Below are positions 1 to 10,329 of a stretch of 64,000 bases of DNA, piece after piece (positions within the stretch are counted from its first letter, which is position 1; the number at the start of each line of letters is the position of its first letter). The notes beneath the pieces are model-generated. The model was not told the DNA's origin and made no database searches. It saw only the letters and a program-made list of their open reading frames with translations. The position numbers and the translations under genes were made by a program. Source of the DNA: Lingula anatina (Eukaryota; Animalia; Brachiopoda); NCBI GenBank assembly GCA_051362555.1, contig CM120641.1:17608001-17672000 (forward strand). The letters run 5' to 3'.

Positions 1-1326
1 CACTTTTTCAACAGATTTTAACATTAACTTAATAAAAAACCTAATATACATTCCAGCTATTATTCTTAAAATATATTTTGCAGTAAACATTTTGGATATG
101 AAAATCCACCAGTCTCCTAATCTGGCTCCTTTGCCCATTGCAATTAAAGAGGAATGACAAATTAGCTGTCGAAGTCCACATGACACCAATTGACATCCAT
201 AAAGGTTTATTTTGTTCTAAGGAGAATAATACTTAACATAAAAAATTGAACATACTGACAAGTATCATATAAGCTGTTTCAATATCATTTTTGTGCCAAA
301 GTAAGTGATTACTATAACTAAAACATAAGGAAGTATCATACAGTTAGACAACCTAAAAGTTCATATTCATTGAGACAAATTTTAATAGAGCCTAAGTATG
401 CATCATACTGATATTTAATTCTTTTTAAAAACTTGCCCAGATGCTGTGGGGCAAGCATTTAGACTAAATGGTTTATAGGTGGATTAAATGTTATATCTGA
501 CCTGTTAACATCTGACTTGATGGCTATATTTACCTGGATTATCTAGTACACAAATATGATTGCTTTTTACATGACTTCAGGTGGTGTTGTAACATTTATC
601 AACGTGACACCTGACTTCATAAAATCCCAAGGCTGCATATCCCAGAATTATTGGTTTGCACACAGAAAACCTTTGGGAAATATTGCAAAGCTATGAAATA
701 CTGCTAAAGATAGTGACATAAATCAGTAATTTCTACATCTTTCCAAATATAATGTCCTAGTGAGAGCAACTTCAAAATCAAGATGCATTTGGTCATCATC
801 TTCTATAAATCCTTAAATTTCACTGACCACACAGTTTGCAATGGGGGATGTCCCTGGAGAAACAATATGGACATTTAAGGGCCCATTCTCAATGAAAACA
901 TCATTCTACCTAGACCTATCCAAGGACTCTTGCTGAATGCAATCAGATTTACGTAACATGCCTCATTTCCAACATAATCATCAGCTTTTCTGTATTCTAC
1001 TCACAATTTTAACACACAAATATCCAGCATTCAGGATTAATATGTAAGACTCTTATCTCTGTGTAAACAGAAATAAAATTTTCCATAAAAACAACTTTAA
1101 CTAGACAGCAAAGCTGACAAATATACAGACACCATACAGGAAACAAGGCAGCAAAGCTGACAAATGTTCAGACGGTCAGATACAGAAAAGAGTGCACCAA
1201 ATAATGTGTTTGAAAACAACCTGCTTCTTTGCCAAACAAAGCCACTCAGTAAATTTAAAGTAAAACAAAAATATGATTTGGAAGTTATAAAAGATGATGA
1301 CCCAAACGTTATCAAAAAAAAAAAAA

Positions 1327-1352
1327 AATAATAATAATAATAATAATAATAA
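1327..1352. repeat. (AAT)n microsatellite following a poly-A run
   Basis: Direct reading of the sequence; abuts the HINE terminus at 1351. Confidence 0.9.
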
Positions 1353-3097
1353 CTAGAGGATCAGAGAGGCGATACCGCCTCCGATTATTGTACCACCAGC
1401 TGGAGCAAGCGCATTCGTATAGACCCCCACATACACAAAATAAGGGACACAGCCACCAGTCTTTTGCTTGACAAGCTGTAAAAATGCAATCAACAAGAAT
1501 TTTCAAAATATGCAAAAAAATATATCAAAAGTTCATCAAAAGGTAGGTGAAAGGTCAATTTCACAGTAAGATTGCCAGTATATGACTTCCTATTCAACTT
1601 CAAAAGTAACTTTGGACCTATCTCTGCCAGTTTGGGAGATAAAAGGGAAGCAAAATTTGCAAAGTTCAGTTCATGGTGAAAAGTAGGTCAACGGTCAATT
1701 TCAAGGTCACATTTAGATTGCCAGTGTATGACTTCCTATTCTAGTTCAATAGTAACTATGGACCTATCTCTGCCAGTTTTGGAGATAAAAGGGAAGCAAA
1801 ATTTGGAAAGTTCAGTTCATGGTGAAAAGTAGGTCAAAGGTCAATTTCAAGGTCACATTTAGATTGCCAGTGTATGACTTCCTATTCAAGTTCAATAGAA
1901 ACTATGGACCTATCTCTGCCAGTTTTGGAGATAAAAGGGAAGCAAAATTTGCAAAGTTCAATTCATGGTGAAAAGTAGGTCAAAGGTCAATTTCAAGGTC
2001 ACATTGGGATTGCCAGTATATGACTTCCTATTAAAGTTCAATAGTAACTATGGACCTATCTCTGCCAGTTTTGGAGATAAAAGGGCAGCAAAATTTGCAA
2101 AGTTCAGTTCATGGTGAAAAGTAGGTCAAATGTCAATTTCAAGGTCACATTTGGATTGCCAGTATATGACTTCCTATTAAAGTTCAATAGTAACTATGGA
2201 CCTATCTCTGCCAGTTTTGGAGATAAAAGGGCAGCAAAATTTGCAAAGTTCAGTTCATGGTAAAAAGTAGGTCAAAGGTCAATTTCAAGGTCACATTTAG
2301 ATTGCCAGTATATGACTTCCCATTCAAGTTCAATAGTAACTATGGACCTATCTCTGCCAGTTTGGGAGATAAAAGGGAAGCAAAATTTGCAAAGTTCAGT
2401 TCATGGTGAAAAGTAGGTCAAAGGTCAATTTCAAGGTCACACTTAGATTGCCAGTATATGACTTCCTATTCAAATTCAATAGTAACTATGGACCTATCTC
2501 TGCCAGTTTTGGAGATAAAAGGGAAACAAAATTTGCAAAGGTTAGTTCATGGTGAAAAGTAGGTCAAAGGTCAATTTCAAGGTCACATTTAGATTGCCAG
2601 TATATGACTTCCTATTCAAGTCCAATAGTAACTATGGACCTATCTATGCCAGTTTTGGATATGAAAGAGAACCAAATTTGCAAAGTTTAGTTCATGGTGA
2701 AAAGTAGTCAGGCGGCTCAGTCCAAATTTTATCCAGAATTGTGCAAAAGATGATAACAGCATGAAATTTTCCACGATGAATGACCATTGGGTGTTTGTCA
2801 ACCCCCTGATCCAAAATAGATGAACACCCAAGGGTAGATAATTAGCATTTAATTTTGCCATTTTTGGACAAGGGTGCATTGCAATGAGTGCCACACCCAG
2901 ACCCCAATACCGGCAAAGCCCAAATTTTACGTGGAACGAGCTGAGATTATAGGTGACCTAAATCCAAGAGATGGGTACGGGGGCCCTTACCGTCTAGGAG
3001 GAGAAGCGGTAACGGTAGCCGTCCGGCGGAGCCGGCGGAACGATCCGGACGAGACCGAAACTATGTGTACCGCCAGCGCTAACGCTGGTGGTACAAT
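1351..3097 (-). mobile_element. Non-autonomous Helentron-type HINE (DINE-1/pearl-like) carrying an internal 146-bp satellite
   Basis: AACTAG terminus; small palindrome GAGGCG-atac-CGCCTC (1366-1381); subTIR TGTACCACCAGC (1389-1400); central tandem array; (CGG/CGGA)-rich tract at ~3006-3057; terminal hairpin TGTACCGCCAGCG-ctaa-CGCTGGTGGTACA (3066-3095), whose 3' arm is the inverted subTIR. Confidence 0.8.
1540..2710. repeat. Tandem repeat, 146-bp unit, ~8 copies
   Basis: The motif GACCTATCT(C/A)TGCCAG recurs at 1615, 1761, 1907, 2053, 2199, 2345, 2491 and 2637 (exact 146-bp period), with few substitutions between units. Confidence 0.97.
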
Positions 3098-5325
3098 TAC
3101 CATAAATGTAAACAAACAATACAAATTTTGGAAAACAACCTGTCTCTTTACCAAACAAAGCCGCTGTGTAAATTTAAAGTAAGACAAAAATATGGTATGG
3201 CAGTAATGGGATGAACGTCTTGTGTCGGGCAGTGACAGTGAAGGCACGGACAGACAGACCAATCAGAATATATACAGTCACTAACAATAATAATATAAGC
3301 AGACTTTTTCCATGTTCCATATACAGTCTTTATATAAAAATGCACAATTACATGATTTTGTTGTCACATTGCCAACACATCAATGACATTTTCATGCATT
3401 TAACTGCTTTTGTCTAAACTAAAAATAAAGTCAATGCATTAGTTTGTGCAATAAAATGTATGATATTGCGGCAGCCAACAGAGTTGAGCAGCATATGTGG
3501 TGACCCATAGTAAAATGATTCCCATACCTTACCTCTCACTTGTAATGTGATTATGTCAAAGGGATGGTCTGTAGAATAAAAACAATGATTTCAAGCATAT
3601 CAGAGCCTCTGTGAGGTTACACTATCTCTTTCATGCAAGTTCCAAGAATTGTCCCTGTCCTTCTTTCTTTAAAAAAAATTAATTTCTGCAGTTCATTTGA
3701 GACCAGGAAACCGCATTACTCTAGCCAATTTCTCCTCCCACTTCCTTTTTAACTGCACCCAATACCGACCAACAAACATTAACAACAAAATAGCTTCAAA
3801 GAGTTTTGTGTAATTCTAGTGGTGAAGGACCTGTCATCTCTCAATTGAGCAAATGGCACCTGCAGACTTCCTTTTCCTGTACTGGTTTCCTTTATCGCTT
3901 CAAAACAATGCAGACGACTGACATACATGGGCAATTCAAATGTCAACAAAAGCATTTTACCTTCGTCTTTTGTAAAGGATGACTTATTTTTAATCTAAAT
4001 GCATTTTTATTAAAATTAAAGTCTGTAGAGATGATTTGGATACTATTCATTCAACTATTTAGCCAATTACAAAATTCTAAGAAATAATGCCATGTTTACA
4101 TTTGTACATTTTGGAAAGTGGCACATTCACTTATAAACTGATGAAGAGGACAGAAAATTATAGCACTGCATATACATTTTTCTATCATCACATTGGCCAC
4201 ACTAACTTTTTCATCCATTTCACTTCCTTCATTCTTTTAGTATTGAATAACCATGCAAATTGGATAAAATAAGAAAGATTAACAAACTTTTGAGTCATGT
4301 TGATCTTAAAGGTCATACGGATTGGACTGAAATTACCTGACTAAGCCTCTAATGGTTTAGGGCATGTGACATTTCAACTGAACAAAGAAATTAACTTGTA
4401 ATCAGCATCAATGTATTTGTGTTCATGAGTCTGTTGGAACTCATGTGGGGTTACTACTTCTAGATGCTTACAAAAGGGCAGAGTCACCCTTGGTTGCCAG
4501 CTCTTATTACACCAGCAATAAACAAAATATATTAATTTTCCAACATCTGTAGCTGACTGTTGTTAAAATACATGACCAGCCTAAACAAATCTGCCTTTGT
4601 TATAAGATTTAATATTTCATGTTCTTTCCTAAATTAATGCTGTACCTTTAAGAGCTTTCAGTTGCTCTATGACCTTCCTCAGTGCGTGTTACTATGAGCT
4701 CTGTAAGGCTGGTACAGCTTAAATTTAGTGTAGAAAATGAAAGGTTCAAGCTTATGACAACATCAACAGCCTACACAGATGAATTTCCATCATATCTGCT
4801 TTTGTTTTGCTTTTTTTTCATAACTTAGAATTACAAAATAATATAAGCAGACTTTTTCCATGTACCAGGTCATTTCATCTCCTGCTATTGCAAGTAGAAT
4901 GATTGAAAAATAAATTGATATTGCAGACACAAATGTCTCTTGGCACTCTGTAACAAAATTATTAAGCAAATGGATAGCACATTGCATTCAGATTCATCAC
5001 TTTTGCTTATAAATGCATTATGCATATTGAGTCTTGTTTTCCAGTGTGTTGTTATGATGACATGCTATGACAGCTTGGAGTTCCAAGAAACTTATTTCAT
5101 TTCACACTGAAAACAATTATCACAACAGTGGTTTTCATAGCATATGTACTAATATGATTCAGAGCTGAAATGAGTTCATAGACCAAAAAAACAAACACAC
5201 GTGCACACACATGTGCATGCACACACATGTGCATGCACATACATATGCATGCACACACACACACCAATTTGCAATCAGATATTTCACGAAGGAGCATTGC
5301 TGGTACACTGAAACTGAGGATTTAC

Positions 5326-8300
5326 TTAAGCATTAAAACTTTTACCTTCTTCTGGGTATTCAGTGTCTTCAGGTGTGCTAGCATTAGAATCCTGTGTCTG
5401 GGGATTGCTGTTCCCATCTTTCTCCTCACTCTCCTCACCAATAGCTGCTCCCAGGGGAGGACTCTGTGGCTGGAGAAATAGAAAATTATACCCAACTGAG
5501 ACACCAACACAAATCACACAATTTCTAACTACTGTAAGGTGAGACAAGTATAAGGGGTTAATCATTTTACATGAAGGCACAGTTATAAAAGGAGGATTGA
5601 AATAAAAGAAAGATAAATCCTGTCACTTGAAGCCACCACTCAGAAGCTCCCAAGCAAACACAACAAATGCGCACATTGTATAATATTGGAAGGGAATGAG
5701 TAATATATTTTTCACATCTTTCAACATCTCACAAAAGGACATTTTATCATCTATTATACACACAAGCTCTACTGCCTTAAAGGGTGAACCCACCTCTTCT
5801 TTCAAACCAGTCTCTTCTTTCAGGGTTTCATCTACCACTTCCAAGGAGTCCTGTTTAGTCCGAGGCATGTCAGGTATGGTCGGAGAGACCTTCTTCTTTT
5901 CTTTGCTTGATCTGAAATGCCAAACATTCTTTACCATATGACAACCTTCTGTTCACAGTTGACTTAACCAAACATGTGACCTCCTTGGTTCATTGCCTAG
6001 ATCAAGATTTGGTGTGAAACAAAAGTCAGCAAATTAAACACAACTGATGCAGTATCAAAATATCTTCTTTATCATGACTACAGTGCCATCTACGAAATAC
6101 AGTAAATTAACCTTTTACAAATAACAAATAGATATAAGTTAAGCTGGTTTTATTGATCTGTCTTATTATTGACAGCAATTTCCGCTATTGATGACACATA
6201 GAAATAATCCAAGTGAAGATAACAAAGTTATTTTTTTATATATTTTTTCATTGTGATTTGGAGGAGGACCTTTTCTTTTTCCTTCCTTCTGCTGCAGGAG
6301 GTTTGACAGGTTCTGGAAGATCTACCATCAAAACAACTTCTGGGGTCCCCCCTCTGTGGACCTCCTCGGGATCACCCTTGGTGGCCTCAGTCTCAGATTC
6401 TTCCAACAGTGTTTCATGATCAATGCCTTCAGAAACTCGTCTGAAATATGCACTAAAAATGTATTCTGTTAACGGTGTAATTTTTTTTTTTTTTTTTTTA
6501 TTATTGTGAATAGAGGCCTGTTTTATTTACAACAATGTAAGACTTAATGAATGTTCTCAATATTTAAATAATTTTTTAAAAATCTTGTGTGACTCCTTCA
6601 CTTCTTCAAGTTCTTATGCATTCAAAATAAATTCATTGTACTGTATAAAGAGTTAATTCAGGGGATATGGGCTTTATCATAGGTCAGTTGTTCATAAGAC
6701 ACTCCATTATGCATCAATTTCATTTCTGATTGCCCAAACAATAATCAGTCTTGATAGGTTATCATGCACGCTAATCAATAATTATACTTTGAGCAGATGG
6801 AACTGAATGGCTATTTCAATTATCATCACTTCCAAATCAAAAGCTTATAGTGGATAACAATACCTCAATATGCTTTCAAGTGTGAGATGATGTCACGAAT
6901 GACTGAATTGTATATTTTTTGAGATCACTCAAGCACATAAAAGGATTTATCTATGGTTAAAAAAAGCTACAAAAATTAGGGGACCAAGGAGGCATGGGCC
7001 TCTCCTGAGTATGCACCACCAGCCAGGTGAAGCATATAGAATAATATATAAGCATACAAAATAGACATATATAACATGAGGCCATTAAAGAGCATCAACA
7101 ATTTGGTCATTTCTTCTTACTATAATTACTCTTAAAGGTCTTTCAAACAGCATACTATTTCCATTTCACCAGGCTTAGGTGATTTATAATCACCAAGTAT
7201 AACACACCTTTTGCTATGTTCTCTTTTCTCATTCATGGCTGTGGCAAGAGGGGGACTTCCAAAAACTGGAGGTGGAGGACCTATACAAAACAAGGCAGCA
7301 AAGCTGTCAAATGTACAGACAAAAAACAGGAAATAACTATGCTCAAAATAGGCTACTGTCAATTCTGATGCAAAAGTACATTATGTTAAACTGCAAATTC
7401 AACATCAAATTTTAATTATGCTCGACAGGTAATACCAATATAAGTAAAATGTGTAACAAGTTCACACTTTGAAAATGTATAACTTCCAGAAAAAGAAGCC
7501 AATTAGACTGTTTTTCCAACTCAGGCTGCATTTTAGTCCCGTATTTCTTTTTTGAAAATTTGGCAATCATAAGTAACATGGTTTTCCCATAATGGTCATC
7601 ATGGCAGCAGCACCCAAAATTGTGTTTTCTTCTATTCTGATGCCATATTACATAATGGTTAACAGCATAATGACCGTCAATTTTTAATAATAAAATATAC
7701 GTATCATGGATTTTCAGAAAATGTGACTAGCATGGGTCTTCAAGCCTGTGGAACTTCAAAGTCACACCTTGAAAATGCCAATATGTGAAAAATTAAATTT
7801 TCACAAAAAAAAAAAAAAAAAAAAAACTGTTTAAACTGGCAGTTAGAATTACCAAACAGACTGCATTGCCTACTGAAGCTGTATTCTAGTCCCATGTTTC
7901 TTTCCTGTAAGTTTGAGAACAGTAAGTGACATGGTTTTTCTTAAATGGTCATCATGGGAGCAGTGCCCAAAATAGTTTTTTTTTTTCAAATTTTGATGCA
8001 ATATTACATAATGTTTAACAGCATAATGACCATCAATTTTTAATAATAAAATATTAGTATCATGGATATTCAGAAAATGTGACTAGCAAAGGTCCTCAGG
8101 CCCATGGAACTTCAAAGTCACAACTTGAAAATGCCAAAATGTAAACAAGACAGCACTGTTCTGAAAATTTTTTCCCCATTTTTAACAATTTTTTTAACAT
8201 AAAACAATATTAACAGGTTACTGCCATTTTTATACGATCAACTAAGAAAATTGATGAGATGGGAAAAATATCAATACAACAGTGTTAAATGTCCAATTTC

Positions 8301-10277
8301 CTCCATTCTGAGATTCTGAACATAGTGAATGATTGAATCTGACAAACTGCAATGATATGAGTTTATTTCCATTTTTGAAACTTTATTACACAATACACGA
8401 TAACAAGTTTACCATCATTTTTACATAATCAACTAACAATGTTGTAAAGATGCAGGAAATGTCAAACAAACACTTTTATGTATCTTATTAGTAAAATAAT
8501 AAGACTGTTAACATGCCTAAGAATTGAATCTTAGGAAATGTGAAAAAACAGCATAACTTCTAAAATAATACCCCGATTATGCTGATTTTCGAACTCAACC
8601 TGCGTTTTAGTAAGATTGACCATTCCTGTGAGTTAAATGACAATTGGCCAATCTATTTTTCTTATATTGTGTTTACAGTGTTGCATATATGCTGAAAAAT
8701 GAAAAAACAGCATAACTACTAAAATAGTGGTCCGATCATGCTGATTTTCGAACTTGACCTGCGTTTTAGTAAGATTGATTACTCCTGTGAGTTTCATGAC
8801 AACAGGCCTAACGGTTTTCCTTAAAATGTGTTTACAGGGTTGCATATATGCTGAAAAGTGAAAAAACAGCATAACTTCTACAATAATGGCCCGATTATGC
8901 TGATTTTCGAACTTGACCTGCGTTTTATGAATATTCATCAGCTCTGAAAATATAAAGCCAAAAAGTAAAACTGCCCTCCACTTATCGTGTTTACAAGGAA
9001 AGTGCACGGCGCCGACGGCGACGCCGGCGACGACAGACGCAGGTGATGGCAATATGTACAGACACATCTGTGTCTGTACATAAAAAGAAGGAAAAAACCA
9101 TTCATTATAGTAAGTTTGAAATGCATTCCATTTGTTTAGCTATAACGTAGGTAATAGATTTCTGTGGTTTTCCAGTCTCATTATAGAGCTTTCCCATTGG
9201 TGAAGGGAGGGGGGGGGAGGGGGGGGGGGGATATCAACATCTCTTACCACTTTCTGGTGGTGTATGCTTCTAATTTTACCATCATGGCTCTTAAGTTATA
9301 ATGAACATCTTGTTATTAAGCAAAAGGTTACACAGAACAGGCAAAACATAGCAAGAAATGCTCCAATTTTCTTGTCATTCTACTATGTTTAACCATTTGA
9401 AAGTAAGTAGGAAGGTAAATCAGTATATTGCAACTTTATTTTCTCCTCAACCTTAAGATCATAGCATATGTGCAAAACAGATCAGTGCATGTGTATTGAA
9501 ATTGTCTGCATAATTAAAACATTCAACATACAGAAAAAAAGCATGGTGCTTCTCTGAAATTCATATTATGGTGATTGGGATTATTAATATTGCACCTCCA
9601 TCAGCTGTGACAGTAACTATGCACCTTCACGCCTTGTCATCTTCACACCTATCATCTTCATCTCATCTTTCCTCACATTAACACTTCCAGAAATATCACT
9701 GTCACACCTCATAGTTTCACTCTTATATTTTCATAAATCACACCATTATCACTCACTTATGCAGTCACACAAATCTAAATTCAGGGGCGAATCCGGAGAT
9801 ATTTTCTGATAGTCCTCTAAATTATCTTTGTTGATCCATCCTCCATTTTTGACCAACTTCCGACAGAAAAAAATCATATTCCTGTCAATGTAAACTTCAA
9901 AATCTGACTGTCTTCCAGAAGACAGCCTCAATCCGCCCTGAAACTGCCACACTTTAAAACACTGTCACTCTCACCAATTCTGGTAAATTATAAAACCTCT
10001 CATAACTATTATACCTCCACCAGAGTTAAGATAAGTGGCAAACTATATGTAAAATAAGTGATCATTTTTGCTAGAAATATTCAAATGGTTGCTGTGTCCC
10101 ATCATGCAATCTGTTATAAAACTGACATATTATTGTCAATGTGCTATCTCATCATGAGAGTCATATAGGGTGAGTATTGGGTATAAATAAAGACCAATAC
10201 TTCAGGTGACTTTGGTAAATGTAGCAAGCAAAGCAGTTTGATATCATACATTATCTATTGACGCAAAACTCTCTCTG

Positions 10278-10329
<52 letters not shown>

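Larger units (their letters stand above)
1099..3282 (-). mobile_element. Degenerate outer HINE/DINE-1-like (Helentron-derived) element, interrupted by a younger HINE
   Basis: Starts AACTAGACAGCAAAGCTGACAAATATACAGAC, with a second AACAAGGCAGCAAAGCTG terminus at 1142. These match the termini at 7289, 10587 and 59242. The ~70-bp segment at 1211-1280 recurs at 3131-3200 on the far side of the insert, followed by a (GACA/GACG)n tract at 3246-3259 and an ATATACAGTC subTIR remnant. Confidence 0.5.

Noticed and set aside
1-1098. Possible terminal exon or 3' UTR of the RING ligase
   Set aside because: Candidate acceptors (for example near 990) give no recognisable peptide and no convincing in-phase continuation; this cannot be supported without transcripts.
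1540-2710. The 146-bp period equals the nucleosome core DNA length
   Set aside because: It leaves no linker, and other arrays in the window have 159, 109, 68 and 61-bp periods. The coincidence cannot be distinguished from function without MNase data.
8633-9126. ORFs 8633-9067, 8938-9126 and 61078-61404 sharing peptides such as HRCVCTYCHHLRLSSP
   Set aside because: They are translations of the HINE terminal hairpin, microsatellite and 159-bp repeats. The frame is not conserved between copies, so this is not a gene family.
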